A DNA stretch of 64,000 nt from Lingula anatina (GCA_051362555.1 CM120646.1:5146001-5210000), one strand, 5' to 3'. Counted from the stretch's first letter, positions 36,084 through 50,371 are shown. Program-made: numbers and translations. The notes: a model not told the origin generated them from the letters alone.

Positions 36084-39000
36084 CAAGAACAAGAACAATA
36101 AAAATAATAAATGTTCTTTTACGGCGCACTTAATAGCTTGTGCATCTCAAAGCACTAAAATTCCATTTCTATAACATTCTTTGACTGGAAGATAGTATAA
36201 AATATGACACATCCTAGAGCAAAAATACCTAAACCTTTTAATTTAAATTAGAAAAAAAACCAAGTGCTGTTCACACAAAAAACTAAAGATGTAGTTCTTC
36301 GATATTTATCGTTAGGATTATTTTCTGCGCTTAATTGCATTAGCTGTCGTATGAATATATTCTATTTATACAACGCAATTCGTACTTCAACGTTGTTGTT
36401 TGGTAAAGGCATACCTTTTGTATTAACAGAAAGTCATACTGTGCTTAATTTGTTTTTATGCTTAAAATAAGAGCTGTTTTGTTGGGCTACTTTTTGACTT
36501 ACTTTTGTGAAAAAATCATAAATGATCCTTCAGTGAATGGGAATTTTAAGTTCTTTGGGTAGTAATTGCAAAAGTGCATGTAATCCATCTAGATGGAGTA
36601 TTTCGTGGCATTATGATTGCATTCGTGAAGTTCAAGCAACTAAGAACCTCTCTAAACTAATACATGCATGTATAATATCAAGAATGAAAGCATATTTTAA
36701 GAGAACCTAGCTACGGAAAATTGATTGTTAGGGTTGTGTCTGTATTGAGTAAAATAGGAATGAAAACAATTTCGAAAAATATCTAGCTACGAAATTGTGA
36801 TTCGGGTTAATTTAATGCCATTAAAAGTTTATATTGTGTTTGTTGTGCTTACGAGCTAAGCAAAATTTGAATTCAAAGTCAACCACAACTCTTTATTTTT
36901 CCTTTATGAAATTATTTGTTCTGAATGGATATGCAAATCTGTTTGCGTATAGTTGAATAAAATAAAATTGACTTTTTTATGTATATTTAGTATGCATTTC
37001 TGCCCATAAAATATTTTTCTTTTACTAATACCAACAGAGTTTACCTTCGAAAAAACTATTACAAAGATTACAAAGTGATTAGTTGGATTTAAAACACTCT
37101 AGCACAAACAAAAACGTTATCTGTACAGGGGAATTGCAAAAATAAATAAATAAAATAAACAGGGTTATACTAAAAATCTTGATTAAAGCATGTTTCAAAT
37201 ATGGTTACAAGCTTCAAAATCTACTCCGGCGAGGTAGAGAAATACATGATGCTTCTGCTCCACTGCATTTTAATCATTTAATCAAAAAACCTGTAGTTAA
37301 CATTTATCAGCAGGTAACTTCATTTCATTCATTTAGTCCATACGTCAACGAAAAAAGACAGACGATTAATCTGCTTTTATCGTTTATTAATCAAAAAATT
37401 TTATATGAAATATTCAATTTTGAAAAACCTATAAACTGCGTCGCATTCTCTTAACAAATTTTCTCATAACAAATATTGCACACACAACTCTTCAACATGT
37501 GAGGTCCTGAAAAGTATTCCTTCATTGATACTAGCACATTTGGTAAAATGGGTTCAATCTGAAAATATAATAATACATGTACATGGTATATGCGTGCATT
37601 ATAACATTTTCAGATGCACCATAGCATATATTTTGGATATGCATACATGCATTTAATAGATACATGTGATCTTAAATATTTCTTATATTTGCATTTACAC
37701 ATGTTTGTATATGTATCAGTGGCGGATTTAGAGGGGGGGTCAGGGGGGCTGGTCCCCCTTCAGTTCCTGTAAAAATATATCACACTAATATATCACACCA
37801 TATTAAAATATACAAAGCAAACAATCTATCTTAATGTTAAAAATGCATATATATCAGTAAGAAAAAAAGGAATAGGAAGATAAAAGTCACATGAGATTAA
37901 TACGGCATTCCACGAGGCATGCTGAATTCCAACTGATACTTTCAACATTTGAATATCTATTTTTTATGAAAGGGATATGTAAACTTTATGAAATTTGGTT
38001 AACTGATGCAGAGAAGTATAAATATAATTTTCATGGAAGCAAAATAAGTGTACACGTCAGAAAAATCCATGATTAACATATTTATTTATATTTGCTAGGC
38101 AATTTCCATTGATTCCTATGTAAAATTAATTTAAATAATCGATGTTCAAGCAGCCCTGGCTCAAAAAAAGCTATGGTACATATTTTTTGCAGATTTCTTT
38201 CACTTCTACCAAGATGTATAACATATCCACATAAAATTAAAATCGCAAACGCAGAATTTTTTATTTTTGCATTTTTTAGCCAAATTAAGGCCATCTTGGC
38301 AAAATCCCCATATAACGCAATGTAATAAACATGGCGTTTTTCGGGATGCCTCCTCTCGAAAACGAACTGGAGTGCCCCAAAATTTTTAAAATATTTTTTA
38401 CTCATACGGTGAGAAAATTTTGTCTAACAATTTTCATCAAAATATGAAATAGGGCAGAAATATGAAATCTGAAATGTGAGAGGGCCTCCTTAACATGCTA
38501 CCAATATCAAACAATGCTTTTTATACCTTGTTTTGCTACAGTATATGTTTCTGGGTTTGACAAAAATTATGAACAGACGCAGAACTTGGGTTTTAAATGT
38601 TAAAAATATAAATACTTTATATTATTTAATATTTGAGATGAAACACTTTATTTCGTGTAACGAATTAGGATTACGAATCATTTTATTATAGCAATTCCCA
38701 TTCTTTTTTCTTTTATATTACCGCTCCTTATCGAGTTTTTCCTCTACCACGTTTTCATCCACGGAAGTATTGCCTGGGCATACGCATGCTTCAAGATACC
38801 CTGAGAGCGATCACTTTCACGAATGTTCAGGACCGTGTTTGAACACATTTGTTTAAATATCGATATTAAACGTCATTTTAAAATACCAATAACATTACCC
38901 CATGAAATAAAGGAGAAATATTGAAAAAAAATAAAACCCACCAAGACTCTGGCAGGTTGAGTTACCTGTTATTACCTGGCTTGGGAAGTGCGGCGGTGCG

Positions 39001-39127
39001 TAATTAACAAGTTTTATTGTGAATGAGCTCTTGGTCAACTACCCTGCATCTACTTGTCAACTGAGGACTTGAGGCGACCATAATCTCGAATGATGTAGTT
39101 ATAACCCATCTACTGTCACCGAAGTTA

Positions 39128-39791
39128 CACCCCCGTCGCACTAGAGGCGGAATGAGCAAAAATGCCGTCGGAAAGACAATTCTTTGTGCGTCCCTGGATA
39201 TTAGAAAGCATTCTAAAAATTCCGAGTTCATTCCAAATATTTTAACCATTCTTGTGGCCGATTGGAATGTTTCCTCATGTTAAAAACTTTCGAAGTGCAT
39301 TCCAAGTGGAAAATTATCGAATGGCATTTGAATAGTATTCTAACTGCACTCTGTCTGCATTCTACCTGTAAATATTCTCACGTCATTCTGACAACATTCG
39401 AAACATTCTGATCACATTCGAGGAAGAACCAAAATGGCAAGACACTTCAAAACCTGCTAGAATGAGCCAGAATGCAACTCGAATGCATCTCGATCCTATT
39501 TTAGTCAGCAATCGAACTACACTCGTACGACATTCGAAGTGTATTCTAAATATTCTGACTGCATTCTGAGAGCATTATTGATATTACCAGTTTTCCAACT
39601 ACATTCGAGCCGGAATGTGCACGAATCATTCCAGGCGGATTCAAGCGCATTCTGAGTATTCCAACGGCATTCTTACAAGAATTTAGGTCAGTTTGAAATT
39701 TCTTCTCGAATAGAGTACGGATTTTTAAATTTAGTCATTCCGGCTTGTTCTGCTCGATTCCTGCTGATTCCGAATAAGTGTGACGGGGGCA
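39128..39791. mobile_element. Non-autonomous PIF/Harbinger-like element with many CATTC/GAATG motifs
   Basis: tta|cacccccgtcgcact...agtgtgacgggggca|tta: imperfect TIRs with TTA flanks. Confidence 0.7.
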
Positions 39792-41110
39792 TTAGTAAGA
39801 AAGTCACGAAAGACCGTCACAGACAAAGAAAGAACATTGTCAGCGAATGCCAGATCCTTTTCTGCTTTTTTGGTGCAGCCCACGGCAACAAACATAGGCT
39901 TAACGAAAATTGCCCAACTCCGTTCAACACAACTTTCTTAAACTTCTCTGTATTTAGCATGCAGATCAGCTAATTTTCATAGACCCTTTTCGTCTATGTC
40001 GTCACAGTACCACGTGATTCAGATCTGTTGCTTCATTTTTGCATATTGAGGTGAGATTTACTAAAACGCTTTTTTTCTACTAATACACTTTTTTAAGGGT
40101 GGGGGTCGATTATCTCTAATGTATAGATTGGGTGCTGAATCTACAAAATTCGAGAAATAGATTTTTATGTGGCTCAAGTCCTTTAAGTACAGGTTCCCCC
40201 ACCCCCTAAATATATCAACTCATGGCGCGTATTAAATTTAGAAAGCATTCCATTTTTAATATGCCTCAGTGCTACCTACATGTATGTTGAGCAGTGCATT
40301 AGTATTTATTTTTATGATTTACTTCAAAGATACATCTGTGGAGTAGTGAGCAAGCATTCATTCTTTTCTGATATTCCTCAAAACTACCTCTGTGGTGTAG
40401 TGCTGAAGTATTCCATTTTTATATACCTCAAAACTACATCTGTTGAGCAGTGTGCCAGCATTCCTTTTATTCCATTTTAAATTGGTTATTCAAATGCGCA
40501 CCAATGCAGAGTAGATTTTGAAGCTTATAAGCATAATTAAAACATGCTTCAACCAAGCTGGTTATCTACCGCATTGATGCTTCTTTCTGGAAAATCATGT
40601 ATTTTATTTATTTTTGGCGTAGACGTGCAGCATGCCTTACTGCATCTTTTCTACAAACATGCACTACACCACTGCGCCACTAATGCTACAAAACAACCTC
40701 TGCGAGAATACCTTATTGGTCAAAATAAAGTGTATATTTATTCCATGTACCATTTGAAGATTACACGCTAAATCTTTTGCTCCAGGGTGTGTCACATTTT
40801 ATACTATCTTCCAGTTAAAGGATTTTACAGAAATAAAATATTATTGCTTTGACATGCACAAGTTAAGTATGCCGTAAAAGAAAACAATTATTTTTATTAT
40901 TATTGTTGTTGTTATTTATTATTGCTACTAAAAAGCCGTTACACACCCTCCCCTTTAGATTATTTACAAATAAGTCTATTTGACACAAATAGTTGTGGTG
41001 CATGCTTTTATTAGGATTGTTATCAAAAATCGAAACAATGAGGTTGGCAATACGACTGCTGTTTATATATTTTTTCTTCAATTCAAGCATGCATGTGTAT
41101 TCCAAAAAGT

Positions 41111-43021
41111 TTAGAGACATGCCATCCAGTTGACGGCGACTCGGTACATATGAGTGTTGCTCCAGGTCTTGATATTCACATTGAAGCCGTGGGGGCTGAG
41201 GCCGGAAGCGTATGTAGTCGCCCTAGTATTTTGACCTTTCCTGAAAGTGATAACAATATAAATGGCAAAGAAGACAATTGTATACTACATGTATTTGCAG
41301 CCAAAGCACAATGCCATCTTTGCTCAACAGAAAGAAAGAAAAAAACGTATCTCACCATAAGCTTTGGCTTATCTTTTTTATTTATTTATTTAATTTTTAT
41401 TTTATTTATTTATTATTATTTTTTCTTTTTTGTCTAACTACATACCATGTGTTCTGACTTCGTAAAAAAGTAATGCTTTGCATAGCCGACGCTCTAAACC
41501 CTTGTAGCTAAAGAAACTGTTCAGCTAACTTGTTGGGATGCGTGCTTTAGTCACGCTGTAATAATTGACCAAGTAAACAATTTGGAGACTAACTCTTGTC
41601 GAAAACTCTAAGATGGCATACAGAACAACGGTACTTGAGTATCATAAATGAAAATGGCACGTTTCAATCATTTAGCCATAATTGGTCAAAATTTTGCCTG
41701 TTACCATAACTGCAAGTAATTTGAGAGGGAAAATGCTAGTTAGGGCAGTTTAAGGTCATGGTCTATCACTGGACAAAATAAGAAGAAAATTTATTGTATT
41801 TTCGAGCTTGGGAACATCCCTTTTTTGTTCTTACATAAAATGTTCTTTTATAAGTCACTTTAAAATTTGAAATTATATTGCTTTAATATTTAAGCTCCGA
41901 CCTTATATTTTATCATTTTACCGATAAAGTATAAAGTGTTTAGAATATGAAGTAACATTTTTGACATTTGAAAAATATGGCTATCTCTCTACTTCCAAAC
42001 AAAATGACGTCGCCCCACTTAAAAATCGCAGAAAAGAAATGCCTTTTTATCCCTAGAAGCAAGTTTTTATGCGCAGTATATCAAAATATTATAAACAAAA
42101 TTAAATATTGGTGGTATCGTCACAGTTAAAGTAGTCAGTGCTGTGTCTTACCAAATATCAAGGTGCGATATTGCCACCATAACGGTTGGAGTCTTTCTGA
42201 ACGGTGGATTGAAACGTACATGCTTCACTTGACTCTGACACCTTACAGTAATCGCTGGACACTACTCCCGATACACCTGTAACATGAAAACACACATATT
42301 TGTGTACCTTCCATATTTTAAACGTTCTGGGTCTGCACGAACAGATTTCTATAACAGTTGTTATATCAGAATGAAATTATGTCCTGACTAAGAAGTTTGT
42401 TTTATCATTCTAATGCTACGCTTGACCAATGGAAACTGGCTCTTGTCCGTGTCTACTCCCTTCAAATGCGCCCTAAATTTTCTTATGCCACCTATCTAGT
42501 AAAGGTTTATATTTTAACGAAGTAATTTTCTTGTCTCACCCTTTCAGTTTGGGCTTTTTTTCAGTCTAGTATAAAACAGTTCCCATTCCGGTTATCAGCG
42601 AAAAAGCTAAATATTGACAATATCGTTTTCAAAACTTCCGACACAAACACCATTCTCTTATTTTAAAAATTTTATGTTTGAAGACACGCGTGCGAAATGT
42701 GATCTATTTTAAGTAATTCTGAGGGTGAAAATGCTGTTTGAAAATTCAAATGTTGTTTTGCGTATTTGATCGCTGTATATGCCGTGGAAAATTTCGTTGA
42801 AATTCACGGAAGGTTAAAACTGTAACTTGAATTCTACGGATTACAAAACGTAACATCAGCCTTCATTACAGTAAGTAAAATAGCATTCAGAAAGTTTCAA
42901 AAACGCAGAATATTACTTTGAACATAAAATGCCCGTCATTCCTTCAAATTTGACTCTTAACTAGCCATTGAGTGCATATTATAATAATGAAGGTAAATTC
43001 AACTGCGAGTACTATACAAAA

Positions 43022-43086
<65 letters not shown>

Positions 43087-43338
43087 ATTCTATTCGTCCT
43101 TGCCATAGTCTCACCCACAGTCTGGTTGTGCCTGCGGGTGAATGTTACTGTTACATGTACTAAGTACATGATTGGTTTTTACCACAGCATTATCTAACAA
43201 AAACGGGTGGGAGTAAAAAACAGTTCAAAACGACTCCGACTTCTTACATATATTTAAAATGTACTTACACGTGGCATCGATTGAATCTGGAAGTAGCAGA
43301 ACAGCCAAAAAGCAACCAAGGAGAACTCTGGAGGTCAT
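41111..43338 (-). pseudogene. H-type lectin copy 5, frameshifted by a 17-nt deletion in exon 2
   Basis: Exons 43269-43338, 42152-42276 (125 nt instead of 142) and 41111-41240. The shifted frame stops at TGA 42158-42160. Splice sites, TATA (43392-43399) and exon 3 (WKGQNTRATTYASGLSPHGFNVNIKTWSNTHMYRVAVNWMACL*) are intact. Confidence 0.85.
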
Positions 43339-43690
43339 CTTGTTCTAAGTCTGAACAGGCGAGTGACTGAACGAACTGAGGCGCCCAGGTCCTTTTATAG
43401 TTCCACAGTCTGTTGTTCACACAAGTCCTGGCAGTTTATCAAGTTTCATGTAGTTTCAGTCATGCGGGGAGGCCCAATCAGGTTCCAACGATTTTTGATT
43501 GACATTTGTCTAAACTAAGGTGTACAGCCATATTTTGCAATGTCCTGGCAGATTAACAAGTTCACATATAACGGACAGGTTCAGACAGGCGAGGAGACAA
43601 AAATCAAGTTCCATTGAAAAACATGCAGTTTTAATTTACATATCTCTATCTTCCTTGACTTATCAAAAGTCATACGTTGTATCAATATAA

Positions 43691-43907
43691 CACCCCATTT
43701 CCATAGATTAGATCGACCTACTTTAGATCGACCTAACTCCCTGGGGGTTCACGCTAAATAGCTGTCAACCGGGCGGACACGAAAGTTAATTACCCCCTTA
43801 CAGCTTGTAGTAGGCGGGACGGACATTTAAGTCAGATTATCTGAAAGTAATCTAGTGAGACTCCCCGCGGGGATAGATCGATCTAAAATCTATGGGAATA
43901 TAGAGCC
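43691..43907. mobile_element. Family A MITE inserted ~350 bp upstream of the copy 5 start codon
   Basis: Near-perfect reverse complement of 4960-5174; absent at the homologous position upstream of copies 1, 2 and 4. Confidence 0.85.
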
Positions 43908-43994
43908 TATGTCTCAGAATAGCAAGTATATTCTCCCATGAAAAGCTTGCATACATGTATAAACACTATTTTTACAAAATCAATCTCACTACAC

Positions 43995-46900
43995 TGATAG
44001 ATACAGGTTCATGAGAAGGGGAGAATCGGAAATTTGAATTCAGTAGGAACAATGTCCAGTACTTTTCCGTGTCTTAGATCGCTCTTGCTTCTCCTTTTAA
44101 GAAAAGAAGGGAACATTTTCATTCTAGGAACAACTGCTCAGGTTAGTGGATCATTTGGGGATCAAATGTGGAGGCAGGTGACACTGAGATACAGTTGCTA
44201 CAACTGTCATTTTGATATGAAAAAGTGTCTCCTCCTACCGGTGTCCTCCTAGTCATTAACATCTTGATAGCATCTTGATGAATTTTCTGTGTAGATAAGG
44301 TTATTTAAAGTTTCGTTTGTTGCATGGATCGACTAAATTTGACGTTATGATCCAAGTGTTTGCACTGTAATGATAAACTTTTTGATTTACTGAAAGTTCA
44401 AGCTCGTCGTCTTGCTTCCCAGTGCATGTCTCTAGCGTGGGGACCTCAATCATCAAGTATTAGCATTACAATAAAGTAAAAATTCAAAGAATTAAAAAAA
44501 AGATGGTGGGATATGCAAGGAGGGAAATGGCCATTGCTTAATAAAGTGGCATATTACCTCCCTGGTCATTTTTCTTTTCCTTTCAGTAGTACATGTACCT
44601 GTCCCCGTTTTCACTTTTTGTAGTAGATAAACATTGCACCAAAAGCAAGTTAATTTTTACTCGTACATACATTAAAATAAAAATGATCACTATTCATAGA
44701 TTCTCACAGTGGGATCCAGAGGAGATGTAGGTGCTGCCAACACCCAAGGGACAATTTTCTGATTGCTCGCCATTTTATTTCAAACGGCCCCTCCCACTTT
44801 CTACTTGTATACTCTTAACATTCTGAACGTTTTGAACGCACAATTTAAGAATATATCATGATTCTTTTACTTTGCCTCATAAACAACCTCATATTGAGTT
44901 TCATCTCTCATAATGCACCCGTAAAGACAGTTTTATCGTGGTCTCGTTTTACTTGTATTTCTGTTTACACAAACAGAGACTAACAGATAAATGTGCACAT
45001 TTTTAAACGAAACGTAAACATTGTCAGTGGTAAACGTTTGACACTAAGATACAGTTGCTAGACCTGTCATTTTGATATGAAAAAGCGTCTCCCGCTCTTT
45101 CATCTTGATAGCAAGAACTAAACACAAATCACGATTCTTTGAATTGTCTGTGTAGATAAGGTTATATAAAGTTTCATTTCTTGCAGGGATCGACAAAATC
45201 ATCTTTTTTACTTCGACATTATTATCCAAGTGTTTACGCTGTAATGATAAACTCATTGATTTACTGAAAGTTAAAGCTCGTAGTCTTGATTCCCAGTGCT
45301 TGTCTCCAACGTGGGCACCGTTGTTATTTGATACTCGATCATCAGGTATTAGCATTGGAATAAAATCAAAATTCAAAGAATAAAACAGTCGTTGGGATAT
45401 GCTGGAGGGCTGGGAAATGACCAATGCTGTGGCATATTACCTCCCTGGTCATTTTTCTTTTGCATTGAGTAGTTCACGTACCTGTCGCTTATATAACTTT
45501 TTGAAGTTGATGTATATTGTACGAAAAGCAAGTAATTTTATTCGTACATATATTAAAATAAAAATAGATCACTATTCATAGATTATGACAGTGGGATCCA
45601 GAGGAGATGCAGATACTGCAAACACCCAAGGGACAATTGCTTAACCCGCCATTTTGATTTCAAAACGCCCCCCCCCCCAGCCCACATTCTACTTGCATGC
45701 TCTTAACATTCTACACGTTTTGAACGCAAAATTCAAGAATATATCATGATTCTTTTACTACGCCTCATAAACAACCTCATATTGAGTTTCATCTCTCATA
45801 ATGCCCCGGTAGAGACAGGTTTATCGTGATCTCTTTTTACTTGTATTTCTGTTTACACACACAGAATAACAAATAAATGTGCACATTTTAATTGATGCCA
45901 CAAAACATCAACATTGTCAGTAATGAACCTTTTCGAGTTTTTTTTTTTTCTTCTTCTTTATTTATTTTTTTTAATGCCTTTATTGCCCCCTCTCCAACAA
46001 AAACTTTTCAGTTACATTGCATATTACTTGATGTCTGGATTAAGCATGGTGGACATGCATTGATAAACGACTACTCCAAAAAGGTGAACAATATTTCTAG
46101 TATACACTGACAGATACAGGTTCATAAGAAGGCGAGCAATCAGAATTTTGAATTCAGTAGGAACGATGTCCAATGTTTTTCCGTGTCTTACATCGCCCTT
46201 GTTTCTCCCTTTAAGGAAAGGAGGGAACTCTTACATTCTAGAAACAACTGCTCAGGTTAGTGCATCATTTGGGGATCAAAATGTGGAGGCAGGTGACACC
46301 AAGGTACAGTTGCTACACCTGTCATTTTGATATGAAAAAAGTGTCTCCCCCTCTCCCCTCCTACCTGTGCCTTCCTAGTCCTTAACATCTTGATAGCAAG
46401 AACTTAACAAAAATCACGGTTTTTTAATTGCCTGTGTAGATAAGGTTGTATAAAGTTTCATTTCTTGCAGGGATCGACAAAATCATCTTTTTTTTCTTCG
46501 ACATTATTATCCAAGTGTTTACGCTGTAATGATAAACTTTTTGATATACTGAAGTGAAAAATAAATGTGTACATTTTAATTGATGCCATAAAACAAACAT
46601 TGTCAGTAATACTTTTTGAGTTTTTTATTATTGTTGGGCCTTTATTGCCCCCTCTCCAACAAAAACTTATCAGTTACTTTTCATATTGCTTGAGGTCTGG
46701 ATTAAGCATGATGGACATGCATGACTAAAGAGACTACTCCAAAAACGTGAATAATGTTTCTAGTATACACTGATAGATACAGGTTCATAAGAAGGGGAGC
46801 AATCATAAATTTGAATTCATTAGGAACAATGCCCAGTATTTTTCTGTGCCTCAGATCGCTCTTGCTTCTCCTTTTAACGAAAGTAGGGAACATTTACATT

Positions 46901-48130
46901 CTACAGACAAGTACATAACTGCTCAGGTTAGTGCATCATTTGGGGATCAAATCTGGAGGCAGGTGACACTATAAGATACAGTTTCTACACCTGTTATTTT
47001 GATGTGAAAAAGTGTCTCCCCCTCTTTGTATCAACCTGTGTCCTCCTAGTCCTTAATATCTTGATAGCAAGCTACAGAACTCAATACAAATCACGATTCT
47101 TTGAATCGTCTTTGAAGATAAGGATATATAAAATTTCATTTCTTACATAAATCGACAAATTATTTTTTTTACTTCGACGTTATGATCCAAGTGTTTGCAC
47201 TGTAATGATAGACTTTTTGATTTCCTGAAAGTTCAAGCTCGTCGTCTTGATTCCCAGTGCTTGTCTCCAGCGTGGGCACAGTTGCTATTTGACACTCGAT
47301 TATCAAGTGTTAGCATTACAATGAAGTCACAATTCAAGGAATTAAACAGACATTATGAAGTCTCGATAATGAACTAATTCAGGTTTCTTTTGGCCCTGTC
47401 CGTTTCTTTGAAAGTCCCTAAAATCTACCTTTTTCGATTTATTGAAGCTTTATCTGTGTTGTATGTTAGGGAGCGGTAATGCCAGTTTTGCTGTGAACTT
47501 GAAATACATGTTCTCACTTTTTCAACGTGGTAACTGCCAGCTTGGACACGATGTTTTTGGTTCCCATTCTTTGCTTCTAAACATCATATTTAGTTTTAGC
47601 TTTCATAAAACCTGGTATAGACAGTTTATCGTGATCTCGTTTTTACTTATATTTCTGTTTACGCAGCCAAGGAATTACTTCTATCGCCCCCTCTCCTAAA
47701 CAAAAACTTGTCAGTTACGTTTGCTTGAGGCTTGCACCCCATTTCCATAGATTTTTAGATCGATCTATCCCTGTGGGGAGTCTCACTAGATTACTGTCAG
47801 CTTGGCCGGCTTAAGCGTCTGTCCCGCCTACTAAAAGCTGTAAGGGGGTAATTAACTATGGTGCCCGCTCGGCTGACTGCAATTTAGCGTGAACCCCCAG
47901 GGAGTTAGGTCTATCTAAATCTTAATCTTTAGATCGATCTAAATCTCTGGGAAAGCACCTTTGGATTAATCATGATGGAGATACAGGGATAAAACGACTA
48001 CTCCAAATAGGTTAATAATACATCCAGTTTACACAGGTAGATACAGGTTAATTAAGGGGTGGGGGTCAATCAGAAATGTGGATTCAACAGGAAATTTCAA
48101 ATATTTTTTGTTCCTCCATCGCTCTTTTTT
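43995..48130. repeat. Degenerate tandem array of a ~0.65-1.1-kb module upstream of copy 5
   Basis: The block gatacaggttcat...ggaggcaggtgacac...gatacagttgcta recurs at ~44000, 45045 (partial), 46112, 46775 and 48040 (partial). Related sequence also lies upstream of copies 1, 3 and 4 (~3160-3330, 30290-30740, 31220-31630). Confidence 0.8.
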
Positions 48131-50371
48131 CTGCGGCTTAGAGGACATTCCCATAGATTTAGATCGATCCATCTAGATCGACCTAACTCCCTGGGGGTTC
48201 ACGCTAAATTGCTGTCAGGCGAGCGCGCACGGTAGTTAATTACCCCCTTACAGCTTTTGGAAGGCGGGACAGACATTTAAGCCGGCTAAACTTACAGTAA
48301 TCTAGTGAGACTCCCGACAGGGATAGATCGACCTAAATTATGTGGGAATGGGATCTTAGATGCCTGGCACGCCTACTGAAGCTGTTAAATGATAGTTAAT
48401 TATCCCCTTACGTCTTCAGTAGTCGTACAAGACATCAGAGCCCCTTAAGCTAAATGCAAATAAGCGAGAAACCCCCTCGGAGATGAGTCGATCCCGCTAG
48501 ATCGATCTAGGTATAGGAACGGGGTCTTGGACTGAGATACGGTAAATTTCTACGTACTATGTACATGCAGATACCTGCACAATCCAGGCAGAGGTAAAAA
48601 GAAGGTAAAAAAAGGCAACCGACAGATAATCATAATATTCTTCTTTTGTTCCTATTACAACAACTCACCATTCTGTGCATCCCCGTATAAGCAGCATTAT
48701 ATTACGCTGCAGTTTTGGTTTAATCTAACTACTCATCTTTTAACCACCCTGTATTACCTTTGTTGGTAGTAATTAGTTCTAGTAGTAGCAATAGTCATAC
48801 TTCTTTTTGGTCAATCGTGCAAAATATGTAATTTACCTTCCCTCGTGGCGCTATTCAAAAATGTCAGACCCATGAAGAAAACAATAGTAATAACAAAATC
48901 CATTTTAATCTTATTTCATTAGGCTGATTTACGATTCTCTAACTAGTTGTTTTGAGTTTTCAATTTTCATTGTCTTTATACTCCCACGATATCACTGAGC
49001 TCCAAACGGATCCAGTAACTGAAACATCTTTACACTACCACAATGCTCCTGGCAGATATGTTAATGAAAGCAGCTCAACCATGTTAATTCGAACGATGCC
49101 GCGCCTCTCTTTTACCCTGAATCTCAGGGTGTTTGAAAACCCAAATACGACTGTATTATTTCCTTATTCTTTTATTGATACTAGCACATTAGGTAGAATG
49201 AGTTCGATCTAACAATATAATAATACGTGGTAGGCTACATTAATGTGTCCACAATAACATATTCAAATGCACAATATAGTAGGCCTATATATCATGGATA
49301 TACTTACATGTATTTATGTGATTATCTGAGATATTTCTTATATTTGTATGTGCACTTATTATCAGCCTTCCTTACGCTATACCTCTACATAAGCAGGTTG
49401 ACTGTGAAGTTACTATTCCCGTACCCCACTCAAACACTGTGCAAAATTACTCTGCTTTTCAACATTTTGAAACAAACTATCAGCGCACCCTGTGTCCAAA
49501 GAGTACTACTACGGTCTGCAATGCGGCTGGTAAGTTCAAGTAGGAAAAATAAATAAAAGTAATATATATTTTGATGCCCTAATTGTAGACATCGCTTATG
49601 TGTACATGTAAAGACCCTGACAAGTAAAAAAATGAAAGATGTAGCGAACAGTTTAGTAGCTCATTTTAAGAAGGCAGTTCTACTTTGATAGCATATATAT
49701 TATATTTATTATTCGCCTTACAATCGTCAACGTAAGTAATGAGCCAAAGTCGGATTTAAGAATTCAAACCACGTAGCGTTGGTTCAACTGAAGCATTGAT
49801 AAACATCTGTCACAATTATTGTTAACGAAAACGAAAGAAAAAAAACGTTCATTTCCTCCAATACCACAAACACTCAATTATGACACTAGTTATAAATCTG
49901 TGGCCAAGGTTTCACTGAGAGGTAAGGATTATGTTAGGAATAGAGAGGTTTATATTATTTTCCTTAGTATAGCAGAGTATGTTTGCAGGTAAGATATTTA
50001 TAGAGAAGCTACTACTGTAGTAAAGCGTGCGCTCTCTCTTTAACACGGTTACATTTTCTGTACAAATTCCTCCTCCATTCTGGATTTTTTAACTAAATCT
50101 CACGAATATGCCAGTGCATGTGTCCTAAAAATTATGCACGTTGCCAAAATAGGTACCTGTTCATCACATATGTACACATGTTCTTATATTCTTCAAAGTA
50201 TACACTTGTAATTGCAAAGTAAGATAAAACTTTGATAAAATTATTTTCAAAAGGGACACCAAAATCTCTAGTTGAAGTTCAAAGCACGAACTGAAGAGAC
50301 GTGATGTCATTTCATTTTTTCCCCAGTGTCTTCGTCCTATCAGTGTGGAGGCTGGATCCCAAGCTGCCCAC

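Larger units (their letters stand above)
26490..37040. repeat. Large imperfect inverted duplication placing copies 3 and 4 head-to-head
   Basis: 26496-27960 matches the reverse complement of ~35520-37040; 30470-30740 matches ~31220-31560; 23900-25960 matches ~32100-34720. Confidence 0.85.

Noticed and set aside
37718-37765. cagtggcggatttagaggggg hAT-like terminus (also caggg near 55837, and TTAA-type ends near 38490 and 40185)
   Set aside because: I found no matching second end, so element boundaries cannot be supported.
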